64,000 nt of DNA from Nemertoderma westbladi (taxonomy: Eukaryota; Animalia; Xenacoelomorpha): positions 63,037 to 127,036 of the forward strand of contig JAUCBJ010009150.1 in assembly GCA_032718475.1 (NCBI GenBank), read 5' to 3'. Numbering within the stretch: the first letter of the stretch is position 1; each line of letters begins with the position of its first letter. The position numbers and the translations under genes are program-made. Under the pieces are notes generated by a model, which saw only the letters and a list, made by a program, of their open reading frames with translations, made no database searches and had not been told where the DNA came from. This document shows positions 36,304 to 49,679 of the stretch, piece after piece.

Positions 36304-36315
36304 CAAACTGCGCCA
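36304..36315 (-). other. Primer-binding site TGGCGCAGT(TTG), probably tRNA-Ser
   Basis: Starts with TGG immediately after the 5' LTR. It is complementary to an ...ACUGCGCCA tRNA 3' end, recalled from invertebrate tRNA-Ser; tRNA identity not verified. Confidence 0.75.
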
Positions 36316-36580
36316 TGCTATGTTGTGAGGTGAGCCGAAAGATAGAACAAGAGTTTATCTGAAGCATGTACACAACATAATAATCAATATAATACATATA
36401 TAGATGTGATAGATAAGTCAGCAGTCAGGTGGGCGCCGACTGCATAGCAGATATACCAGATACCGGTATGGTAGGTATTAGTATGCTATAAGAAGAACGG
36501 TACAGCAGTAAGGTAAACGACAGAACAGTATAACATACATATATACTATATGGCTACGAGTAGGTCACGAGTATCTCTCA
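36316..36580 (-). repeat. 5' LTR (265 bp)
   Basis: The - strand reads TGAGAGATAC...CAACATAGCA and is followed directly by the PBS. It appears identical to 31243-31507. Confidence 0.92.
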
Positions 36581-38705
36581 CTGCTATGCTATGCTCTGCT
36601 ATGCTATGCTATGCTATGCTATCCTATACTATGCTATGCTATGCTATGCTATGCTATGCTGTGCTATGCTATGCTATGTTAAGCTATAACATGCTATGCT
36701 ATGCTATGCTATGCTATGCTATGCTATGCTATGCTATGTTAAGCTATGATATGCTATGTTATGCTATGCTATGTTTGTCAAAATGACATTTTGACATGTC
36801 ATTTTGCCATAATGTCATTTTCAAGTTGACATTTTGACATGTCATTTTGCCAAAATGTCATTTTCAAGTTGACATTTTGACATGTCATTTGCCAAAATGT
36901 CAATGTGTCAATATGTCACTTTCAAATTGACAGTTTGACATGTCATTTTGTCAAAATGTCACTTTCAAATTGACATTTTGACATGTCATTTTGTCAAATG
37001 TCATTTTCAAGTTGACATTTTGACATGTAATTTTGCCAAAATGTCACTTTCGAATTGACATTTTGACATGTCATTTTGCCAAAATGTCAATGTGTCAATA
37101 TGTCACTTTCAAATTGACAGTTTGACATGTCATTTTGTCAAAATGTAACTTTCAAATTGACATTTTGACATGTCAATTTGCCAAAATGTCACTTTCGAAT
37201 TGACATTTTGACATGTTATTTTGCCAAAATGTCACATTCGAATTAACATTTTGACATGTCATTTTGCCAAAATGTCAATGAGTCAATATGTCACTTTCAA
37301 ATTGACAGTTTGACATGTCATTTTGTCAAAATGTCAATGTGTCAATATGTCACTTTCAAATTGACAGTTTGACATGTCATTTTGTCAAAATGTCACTTTC
37401 AAATTGACATTTTGACATGTCATTTTGCCAAATGTCATTTTCAAGTTGACATTTTGACATGTAATTATGCCAAAATGTCACTTTCGAATTGACATTTTCA
37501 CATGTCATTTTGCCAAAATGTCAATGTGTCAATATGTCACTTTCAAATTGACAGTTTGACATGTCATTTTGTCAAAATGTCATTTTCAAATTGACATTTT
37601 GACATGTCATATTTTATGAGATTTAATGTATTTTTTCTTGAAAAAGCAAACATAACTATTCCCAGTCCGTTTCTGTAACATTTAAAGAAAAGTTAACTTG
37701 TGATACTTCTTTTAGTGTTAAATTAACAGCAGATTCCAAATACAGTAACCGTTTTTACATATGATTTGTAGTTCTCGCGATATTTGGGTTCAAACACAAC
37801 GTTTTTTTATATTTTACGAAATTTAAGGTATTTTTTCTTGAAAAAGCAAACATAACTATTCCCAGTCCGTTTCTGTAACATTTAGAGAAAAGTTAACTTG
37901 TGATACTTCTTTTAGTGTTAAATTAACAGCAGATTCCAAATACAGTAACCGTTTTTACATATGATTTGTAGTTCTCGCGATATTTGGGTTCAAACACAAC
38001 GTTTTTTTATATTTTACGAAATTTAAGGTATTTTTTCTTGAAAAAGCATACATAACTATTCCCAGTCCGTTTCTGTAACATTTAGAGAAAAGTTAACTTG
38101 TGATACTTCTTTTAGTGTTAAATTAACCGCAGATTCCAAATACAGTAACCGTTTTTACTTAAATTGTAGATTTTGCAACAAAAATTAAAAAAAAATACGA
38201 TTTGAGGGAATCACAACAAAACTTTTTAAGTTTAAAACAACCGGTTATGTTAAACATAACGGTAACGTATAACGGCATAACGGTACCAAAAATAACTTCA
38301 TTTTAATAACAAAATAAACGGATAAACAGATGAGTAACCAGAACCCGGTAGCACAAACATACAGATCAGTAACAGCAGTATCAACACCAGATTAGCACAA
38401 GACTTAATAAGTAAAATGAAAGCCGACTTCCACCACTGGGTACGAACCTATTGCTTAACGAAATGTCCCTATTTATAATCGAATATGGTGCGAGCCACAA
38501 AGTCTGTGAGCCATAGCATATAGTTGAATGTAGAGCATGCATGGGCCATTGTCAGTCCGTTGAATTGAGATTTAGAGGGAAAATCATATCATTAGCCAAA
38601 ATGGAGCCTTCGCAAAACGTTTATCTAATGAACAATGTCTATTATTTGGCCTAGCTAGTACAACTGTATGCCACCGTTCACGGACCCCGCCAACCCACCG
38701 AGTCC

Positions 38706-38858
38706 CTACAGATCTCCCTTGGGTTCCTCTTGGCCCTCGAAGTATCGTATCTTATCCTTGGGATTGGGGATTATGGTAGCGCTGCCCGGCTTCCAGTCGA
38801 TCGGACAGACGTCCCCGTGCTGGTCCGTGTACTGGAAGGCCTGCACGAGACGCAGGGT
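38706..38858 (-). pseudogene. Peroxiredoxin C-terminal fragment, unit 7
   Basis: Same translation as unit 1. Confidence 0.85.
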
Positions 38859-41800
38859 CTGTAAGGGTCCGTAAGTCGTTCTCAACATTATTGTGGGAAT
38901 CTGGGAAGCCCAAGTTCGCACGGCGTGGGTTCGTGGATGCCATAGCACGCGTCCCGACCTGGAGAAAACAATTAAGTGAAAATACAAATGAACAGTGACA
39001 TGTTATTTAAAAATCTCATATAATTAAATATCAATTAAACATCAATAAACACAAACACATATTTAATAATAAACAAACACACCAACACTTATATAATGTA
39101 GGAATGAATAATTACCCGTTGTAACAATAATTGCAAGCCAGACGTCCCAACACTTTAATAAATAATTCATTGCGAACGACTTGCTGGTAATGTTGTGAAT
39201 AAACAGTAAATCTAAACTCTAAATAATCAATTGTAATTAAACTTTAAACCAAAGCGATTTTAAATAAGAAACTTTGTTAAACGTAACTTATAATATATTC
39301 AGCTACTGAGGAGGCAGCGCTTATTATATATTGGTGTTGGTGTCTGTAATACAAAGCGAACAAATGTCTGGCCATTGACCTTGTGTCTTTGTGTGAAGCC
39401 GCGCTATCCAATAATAAGACGGTATAACAATTATTGGTTGTTCAAGCAAAGGCAATGTATACGTTAATGTATAATAATATGTTGCTTGGCGTGGGTGGCT
39501 GAGGCCTTGGCCTTGGTTGGTTAGTTTCCAGGGTGATTGTTCTAGAATATTAAATTATTTACCTTGAGTGAACCAAACCAACCACCCACACAATGCTGAA
39601 GCACAGCGCATTGTATCCCAGCCGTCCAGCCCAGCCCGGCTGGCGCCTCCTACAATACAATGCAAGCAGCTCAGCTCAATATTGCTTGAAAATTCTCTTG
39701 TAAATATTTTCCAACTCAATAAATAATTACACTTGAAATGCACTATAGAGGGGTGGGGAGGTGTTAGCGATGTCGCCCGGTGATTCTGAGCGTTTTTGGT
39801 GATCATTTGCTTAAAATATATTTTTTATGCTCTATCTCGTGGTGTCGGTTAGAACGCGCGAAAATGAAAATCGATGCTCATTTTTGAAAAAAATCGGAAG
39901 TTATTTCGGTAAATTGCGGCTAATTTTGGGAAGGGCTTTTGGAATGGCAATTTATTATTTAATACAGTTGAATATTTGGCTGAATTGAAGTTCATTAACC
40001 CGGGTAATTAAATTGAAATAACAAGTTATTTTGCAAAATTATGGCTAATTTTGGGAAGGGCTTTTGGAATGGCATTGAAATTGAAATGAAAGGTGTTCTT
40101 AGGAGAATTTGAATTAATAACTAGTGCCCTACATAACAGCGCAGTGCACTTAATAACGAGTGCCCTACATAACGGCGCAGTGCACTTTATAACGGCGCAG
40201 TGCACTTCATAAAGGTGTAGTGCACTTCATAAAGGTATTAGTAGTGCACTTCATAACGATGCAGTGCACTTAATGTTATATGCTATATTTCATGTTATAT
40301 GCTATAGTACATGCTCTGCGATATGCTATATGGTATGGTATATGCTATGCTATATGCGATATGCTATAAGCTATATGTTATATATTATGCTATAGTACAT
40401 GCTATGCTATATGCTATGCTATATGCTATGCTATATGCTATGCTATTTGCTAGGCTATATGCTATGCTATATGTTATAGGCTATGCTATAAGCTATATGT
40501 CATATGTTATATGTTATGCTATATGCAATGTCATGCTATATGTTATGGTATATGCCACGTTATGATATATGCTATGCTATGCTATATGTCATATGCTATA
40601 TGTTAAATGTTATGCTATATGCCATGTTATGTTATATGCTATAGTACATGCTAAGCTATATGCTCTATGCTATGCTATATGCTATATGCAATATATCATA
40701 TGCTATGCTATGTTATGCTATATGCCATATGCTATGATACAACCTATGCTGTATGCAATATATCATATGATATGCTATGTTATGCTATATGCTATGGTAC
40801 ATCCTATGCTATATGCTATGCTATGCTATGCTATGCTATATGCTATGCTATATGCTATGCTATATGATATGATATATGCTATGCTATATGTTATATACTA
40901 TATGTTATATGTTATGCTATATGCCACGTTATGCATGCTATGCTATGCTATGCTATGTTATGCTATGCTATCATATGTTATGTTGTTCTATGCTATGCTA
41001 TGCTATGCTATGCTATACTATGCTATGCTATGCTATGCTCTGCTATGCTATGCTATGCTATACTATGCTATGCTATGCTATGCTATGCTGTGCTATGCTA
41101 TGCTATGTTAAGCTATAATATGCTATGCTATGCTATGCTATGCTATGCTATGCTATGCTATGCTATGTTAAGCTATGATATGCTATGTTATGCTATGCTA
41201 TGTTTGTCAAAATGACATTTTGACATGTCATTTTGCCAAAATGTCATTTTCAAGTTGACATTTTGACATGTCATTTTGCCAAAATGTCATTTTCAAGTTG
41301 ACATTTTGACATGTCATTTGCCAAAATGTCAATGTGTCAATATGTCACTTTCAAATTGACAGTTTGACATGTCATTTTGTCAAAATGTCACTTTCAAATT
41401 GACATTTTGACATGTCATTTTGTCAAATGTCATTTTCAAGTTGACATTTTGACATGTAATTTTGCCAAAATGTCACTTTCGAATTGACATTTTGACATGT
41501 CATTTTGCCAAAATGTCAATGTGTCAATATGTCACTTTCAAATTGACAGTTTGACATGTCATTTTGTCAAAATGTAACTTTCAAATTGACATTTTGACAT
41601 GTCAATTTGCCAAAATGTCACTTTCGAATTGACATTTTGACATGTTATTTTGCCAAAATGTCACATTCGAATTGACATTTTGACATGTCATTTTGCCAAA
41701 AAGTCATTTTCAAGTTGACATTTTGACATGTCATTTGCCAAAATGTCAATGAGTCAATATGTCACTTTCAAATTGACAGTTTGACATGTTTTTTTGTCAA

Positions 41801-44117
41801 AATGTCAATGTGTCAATGTGTCAATATGTCACTTTCAAATTGACAGTTTGACATGTCATTTTGTAAAATGTCACTTTCAAATTGACATTTTGACATGTCA
41901 TTTTGCCAAAATGTCATTTTCAAGTTGACATTTTGACATGTCATTTGCCAAAATGTCAATGTGTCAATATGTCACATTCAAATTGACAGTTTGACATGTC
42001 ATTTTGTAAAATGTCACTTTCAAATTGACATTTTGACATGTCATTTTGCCAAAATGTCATTTTCAAGTTGACATTTTGACATGTCATTTGCCAAAATGTC
42101 AATATGTCAATATGCCACTTTCAAATTGACAGTTTGACATGTCATTTTGTCAAAATGTAACTTTCAAATTGACATTTTGACATGTCAATTTGCCAAAATG
42201 TGACTTTCGAATTGACATTTTGACATGTTATTTTGCCAAAATGTCACATTCGAATTAACATTTTGACATGTCATTTTGCCAAAATGTCAATGAGTCAATA
42301 TGTCACTTTCAAATTGACAGTTTGACATGTCATTTTGTCAAAATGTCAATGTGTCAATATGTCACTTTCAAATTGACAGTTTGACATGTCATTTTGTCAA
42401 AATGTCACTTTCAAATTGACATTTTGACATGTCATTTTGCCAAATGTCATTTTCAAGTTGACATTTTGACATGTAATTATGCCAAAATGTCACTTTCGAA
42501 TTGACATTTTCACATGTCATTTTGCCAAAATGTCAATGTGTCAATATGTCACTTTCAAATTGACAGTTTGACATGTCATTTTGTCAAAATGTCATTTTCA
42601 AATTGACATTTTGACATGTCATATTTTATGAGATTTAAGGTATTTTTTCTTGAAAAAGCGAACATAACTTTTCTGAGTCCGTTTCTGTGACATTTAAAGA
42701 AAAGTTAACTTGTGATACTTCTTTTAGTGTTAAATTAACAGCAGATTCCAAATACAGTAACCGTTTTTACATATGATTTGTAGTTCTCGCGATATTTGGG
42801 TTCAAACACAACGTTTTTTGATATTTTACGAAATTTAAGGTATTTTTTCTTGAAAAAGCAAACATAACTATTCCCAGTCCGTTTCTGTAACATTTAAAGA
42901 AAAGTTAACTTGTGATACTTCTTTTAGTGTTAAATTAAAAGCAGATTCCAAATACAGTAACCGTTTTTACATATGATTTGTAGTTCTCGCGATATTTGGG
43001 TTCAAACACAACGTTTTTTGATATTTTACGAAATTTAAGGTATTTTTTCTTGAAAAAGCAAACATAACTATTCCCAGTCCGTTTCTGTAACATTTAGAGA
43101 AAAGTTAACTTGTGATACTTCTTTTAGTGTTAAATTAACAGCAGATTCCAAATACAGTAACCGTTTTTACATATGATTTGTAGTTCTCGCGATATTTGGG
43201 TTCAAACACAACGTTTTTTTATATTTTACGAAATTTAAGGTATTTTTTCTTGAAAAAGCAAACATAACTATTCCCAGTCCGTTTCTGTAACATTTAGAGA
43301 AAAGTTAACTTGTGATACTTCTTTTAGTGTTAAATTAACAGCAGATTCCAAATACAGTAACCGTTTTTACATATGATTTGTAGTTCTCGCGATATTTGGG
43401 TTCAAACACAACGTTTTTTTATATTTTACGAAATTTAAGGTATTTTTTCTTGAAAAATCATACATAACTATTCCCAGTCCGTTTCTGTAACATTTAGAGA
43501 AAAGTTAACTTGTGATACTTCTTTTAGTGTTAAATTAACCGCAGATTCCAAATACAGTAACCGTTTTTACTTAAATTGTAGATTTTGCAACAAAAATTAA
43601 AAAAAAATACGATTTGAGGGAATCACAACAAAACTTTTTAAGTTTAAAACAACCGGTTATGTTAAACATAACGGTAACGTATAACGGCATAACGGTACCA
43701 AAAATAACTTCATTTTAATAACAAAATAAACGGATAAACAGATGAGTAACCAGAACCCGGTAGCACAAACATACAGATCAGTAACAGCAGTATCAACACC
43801 AGATTAGCACAAGACTTAATAAGTAAAATGAAAGCCGACTTCCACCACTGGGTACGAACCTATTGCTTAACGAAATGTCCCTATTTATAATCGAATATGG
43901 TGCGAGCCACAAAGTCTGTGAGCCATAGCATATAGTTGAATGTAGAGCATGCATGGGCCATTGTCAGTCCGTTGAATTGAGATTTAGAGGGAAAATCATA
44001 TCATTAGCCAAAATGGAGCCTTCGCAAAACGTTTATCTAATGAACAATGTCTATTATTTGGCCTAGCTAGTACAACTGTATGCCACCGTTCACGGACCCC
44101 GCCAACCCACCGAGTCC

Positions 44118-44270
44118 CTACAGATCTCCCTTGGGTTCCTCTTGGCCCTCGAAGTATCGTATCTTATCCTTGGGATTGGGGATTATGGTAGCGCTGCCCG
44201 GCTTCCAGTCGATCGGACAGACGTCCCCGTGCTGGTCCGTGTACTGGAAGGCCTGCACGAGACGCAGGGT
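44118..44270 (-). pseudogene. Peroxiredoxin C-terminal fragment, unit 8
   Basis: Same translation as unit 1. Confidence 0.85.
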
Positions 44271-47200
44271 CTGTAAGGGTCCGTAAGTCGTTCTCAACAT
44301 TATTGTGGGAATCTGGGAAGCCCAAGTTCGCACGGCGTGGGTTCGTGGATGCCATAGCACGCGTCCCGACCTGGAGAAAACAATTAAGTGAAAATACAAA
44401 TGAACAGTGACATGTTATTTAAAAATCTCATATAATTAAATATCAATTAAACATCAATAAACACAAACACATATTTAATAATAAACAAACACACCAACAC
44501 TTATATAATGTAGGAATGAATAATTACCCGTTGTAACAATAATTGCAAGCCAGACGTCCCAACACTTTAATAAATAATTCATTGCGAACGACTTGCTGGT
44601 AATGTTGTGAATAAACTGTAAATCTAAACTCTAAATAATCAATTGTAATTAAACTTTAAACCAGAGCGATTTTAAATAAGAAACTTTGTTAAACGTAACT
44701 TATAATATATTCAGCTACTGAGGAGGCAGCGCTTATTATATATTGGTGTTGGTGTCTGTAATACAAAACGAACAAATGTCTGGCCATTGACCTTGTGTCT
44801 TTGTGTGAAGCCGCGCTATCCAATAATAAGACGGTATAACAATTATTGGTTGTTCAAGCAAAGGCAATGTATACGTTAATGTATAATAATATGTTGCTTG
44901 GCGTGGGTGGCTGAGGCCTTGGCCTTGGTTGGTTAGTTTCCAGGGTGATTGTTCTAGAATATTAAATTATTTACCTTGAGTGAACCAAACCAACCACCCA
45001 CACAATGCTGAAGCACAGCGCATTGTATCCCAGCCGTCCAGCCCAGCCCGGCTGGCGCCTCCTACAATACAATGCAAGCAGCTCAGCTCAATATTGCTTG
45101 AAAATTCTCTTGTAAATATTTTCCAACTCAATAAATAATTACACTTGAAATGCACTATAGAGGGGTGGTGAGGTGTTAGCGATGTCGCCCGGTGATTCTG
45201 AGCGTTTTTGGTGATCATTTGCTTAAAATATATTTTTTATGCTCTATCTCGTGGTGTCGGTTAGAACGCGCGAAAATGAAAATCGATGCTCATTTTTGAA
45301 AAAAATCGGAAGTTATTTCGGTAAATTGCGGCTAATTTTGGGAAGGGCTTTTGGAATGGCAATTTATTATTTAATACAGTTGAATATTTGGCTGAATTGA
45401 AGTTCATTAACCCGGGTAATTAAATTGAAATAACAAGTTATTTCGCAAAATTATGGCTAATTTTGGGAAGGGCTTTTGGAATGGCAATTTATTATTTAAT
45501 ACAGTTGAATATTTGGCTGAATTGAAGTTCATTAACCCGGGTAATTAAATTGAAATAACAAGTTATTTTGCAAAATTATGGCTAATTTTGGGAAGGGCTT
45601 TTGGAATGGCATTGAAATTGAAATGAAAGGTGTTCTTAGGAGAATTTGAATTAATAACTAGTGCCCTACATAACAGCGCAGTGCACTTAATAACGAGTGC
45701 CCTACATAACGGCGCAGTGCACTTTATAACGGCGCAGTGCACTTCATAAAGGTGTAGTGCACTTCATAAAGGTATTAGTAGTGCACTTCATAACGATGCA
45801 GTGCACTTAATGTTATATGCTATATTTCATGTTATATGCTATAGTACATGCTCTGCGATATACTATATGGTATGGTATATGCTATGCTATATGCGATATG
45901 CTATAAGCTATATGTTATATATTATGCTATAGTACATGCTATGCTATATGCTATGCTATATGCTATGCTATATGCTATGCTATATGCTATGCTATATGCT
46001 ATGCTATATGCTATGCTATTTGCTAGGCTATATGCTATGCTATATGTTATAGGCTATGCTATATGCTATATGTCATATGTTACATGTTATGCTATATGCA
46101 ATGTCATGCTATATGTTATGGTATATGCCACGTTATGATATATGCTATGCTATGCTATATGTCATATGCTATATGTTAAATGTTATGCTATATGCCATGT
46201 TATGTTATATGCTATAGTACATGCTAAGCTATATGCTCTATGCTATGCTATATGCTATATGCAATATATCATATGCTATGCTATGTTATGCTATATGCCA
46301 TATGCTATGATACAACCTATGCTGTATGCAATATATCATATGATATGCTATGTTATGCTATATGCTATGGTACATCCTATGCTATATGCTATGCTATGCT
46401 ATGCTATGCTATATGCTATGCTATATGCTATGCTATATGCTGTGCTATATGATATGATATATGCTATGCTATATGTTATATACTATATGTTATATGTTAT
46501 GCTATATGCCACGTTATGCATGCTATGCTATGCTATGCTATGTTATGCTATGCTATCATATGTTATGTTGTTCTATGCTATGCTATGCTATGCTATGCTA
46601 TGCTATACTATGCTATGCTATGCTCTGCTATGCTATGCTATGCTATGCTATGCTATGCTATACTATGCTATGCTATGCTATGCTATGCTGTGCTATGCTA
46701 TGCTATGTTAAGCTATATGCTATGCTATGCTATGCTATGCTATGCTATGCTATGCTATGCTATGCTATGCTATGCTATGCTATGTTAAGCTATGATATGC
46801 TATGTTATGCTATGCTATGTTTGTCAAAATGACATTTTGACATGTCATTTTGCCAAAATGTCATTTTCAAGTTGACATTTTGACATGTCATTTTGCCAAA
46901 ATGTCATTTTCAAGTTGACATTTTGACATGTCATTTGCCAAAATGTCAATGTGTCAATATGTCACTTTCAAATTGACAGTTTGACATGTCATTTTGTCAA
47001 AATGTCACTTTCAAATTGACATTTTGACATGTCATTTTGTCAAATGTCATTTTCAAGTTGACATTTTGACATGTAATTTTGCCAAAATGTCACTTTCGAA
47101 TTGACATTTTGACATGTCATTTTGCCAAAATGTCAATGTGTCAATATGTCACTTTCAAATTGACAGTTTGACATGTCATTTTGTCAAAATGTAACTTTCA

Positions 47201-49526
47201 AATTGACATTTTGACATGTCAATTTGCCAAAATGTCACTTTCGAATTGACATTTTGACATGTTATTTTGCCAAAATGTCACATTCGAATTGACATTTTGA
47301 CATGTCATTTTGCCAAAAAGTCATTTTCAAGTTGACATTTTGACATGTCATTTGCCAAAATGTCAATGAGTCAATATGTCACTTTCAAATTGACAGTTTG
47401 ACATGTTTTTTTATCAAAATGTCAATGTGTCAATATGTCACTTTCAAATTGACAGTTTGACATGTCATTTTGTAAAATGTCACTTTCAAATTGACATTTT
47501 GACATGTCATTTTGCCAAAATGTCATTTTCAAGTTGACATTTTGACATGTCATTTGCCAAAATGTCAATGTGTCAATATGTCACATTCAAATTGACAGTT
47601 TGACATGTCATTTTGTAAAATGTCACTTTCAAATTGACATTTTGACATGTCATTTTGCCAAAATGTCATTTTCAAGTTGACATTTTGACATGTCATTTGC
47701 CAAAATGTCAATATGTCAATATGCCACTTTCAAATTGACAGTTTGACATGTCATTTTGTCAAAATGTAACTTTCAAATTGACATTTTGACATGTCAATTT
47801 GCCAAAATGTCACTTTCGAATTGACATTTTGACATGTTATTTTGCCAAAATGTCACATTCGAATTGACATTTTGACATGTCATTTTGCCAAAATGTCAAT
47901 GAGTCAATATGTCACTTTCAAATTGACAGTTTGACATGTCATTTTGTCAAAATGTCAATGTGTCAATATGTCACTTTCAAATTGACAGTTTGACATGTCA
48001 TTTTGTCAAAATGTCACTTTCAAATTGACATTTTGACATGTCATTTTGCCAAATGTCATTTTCAAGTTGACATTTTGACATGTAATTATGCCAAAATGTC
48101 ACTTTCGAATTGACATTTTCACATGTCATTTTGCCAAAATGTCAATGTGTCAATATGTCACTTTCAAATTGACAGTTTGACATGTCATTTTGTCAAAATG
48201 TCATTTTCAAATTGACATTTTGACATGTCATATTTTATGAGATTTAAGGTATTTTTTCTTGAAAAAGCGAACATAACTTTTCTGAGTCCGTTTCTGTGAC
48301 ATTTAAAGAAAAGTTAACTTGTGATACTTCTTTTAGTGTTAAATTAACAGCAGATTCCAAATACAGTAACCGTTTTTACATATGATTTGTAGTTCTCGCG
48401 ATATTTGGGTTCAAACACAACGTTTTTTGATATTTTACGAAATTTAAGGTATTTTTTCTTGAAAAAGCAGACATAACTATTCCCAGTCCGTTTCTGTAAC
48501 ATTTAGAGAAAAGTTCACTTGTGATACTTCTTTTAGTGTTAAATTAACAGCAGATTCCAAATACAGTAACCGTTTTTACATATGATTTGTAGTTCTCGCG
48601 ATATTTGGGTTCAAACACGACGTTTTTTGATATTTTACGAAAATTAAGGTATTTTTTCTTGAAAAATCATACATAACTATTCCCAGTCCGTTTCTGTAAC
48701 ATTTAGAGAAAAGTTAACTTGTGATACTTCTTTTAGTGTTAAATTAACCGCAGATTCCAAATACAGTAACCGTTTTTACATATGATTTGTAGTTCTCGCG
48801 ATATTTGGGTTCAAACACAACGTTTTTTGATATTTTACGAAATTTAAGGTATTTTTTCTTGAAAAAGCAGACATAACTATTCCCAGTCCGTTTCTGTAAC
48901 ATTTAGAGAAAAGTTCACTTGTGATACTTCTTTTAGTGTTAAATTAACAGCAGATTCCAAATACAGTAACCGTTTTTACTTAAATTGTAGATTTTGCAAC
49001 AAAAATTAAAAAAAAATACGATTTGAGGGAATCACAACAAAACTTTTTAAGTTTAAAACAACCGGTTATGTTCAACATAACGGTAACGTATAACGGCATA
49101 ACGGTACCAAAAATAACTTCATTTTAATAACAAAATAAACGGATAAACAGATGAGTAACCAGAACCCGGTAGCACAAACATACAGATCAGTAACAGCAGT
49201 ATCAACACCAGATTAGCACAAGACTTAATAAGTAAAATGAAAGCCGACTTCCACCACTGGGTACGAACCTATTGCTTAACGAAATGTCCCTATTTATAAT
49301 CGAATATGGTGCGAGCCACAAAGTCTGTGAGCCATAGCATATAGTTGAATGTAGAGCATGCATGGGCCATTGTCAGTCCGTTGAATTGAGATTTAGATGG
49401 AAAATCATATCATTAGCCAAAATGGAGCCTTCGCAAAACGTTTATCTAATGAACAATGTCTATTATTTGGCCTAGCTAGTACAACTGTATGCCACCGTTC
49501 ACGGACCCCGCCAACCCACCGAGTCC

Positions 49527-49679
49527 CTACAGATCTCCCTTGGGTTCCTCTTGGCCCTCGAAGTATCGTATCTTATCCTTGGGATTGGGGATTATGGTAG
49601 CGCTGCCCGGCTTCCAGTCGATCGGACAGACGTCCCCGTGCTGGTCCGTGTACTGGAAGGCCTGCACGAGACGCAGGGT
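49527..49679 (-). pseudogene. Peroxiredoxin C-terminal fragment, unit 9
   Basis: Same translation as unit 1. Confidence 0.85.

Larger units (their letters stand above)
31243..36580 (-). mobile_element. Full-length Ty3/Gypsy LTR retrotransposon, Mag-like (5338 bp)
   Basis: Two 265-bp direct repeats with TG...CA ends, a PBS, a PPT and one ORF with domain order Gag-PR-RT-RH-IN. Short LTRs, a single ORF and a double Zn knuckle are typical of the Mag group. Confidence 0.96.
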
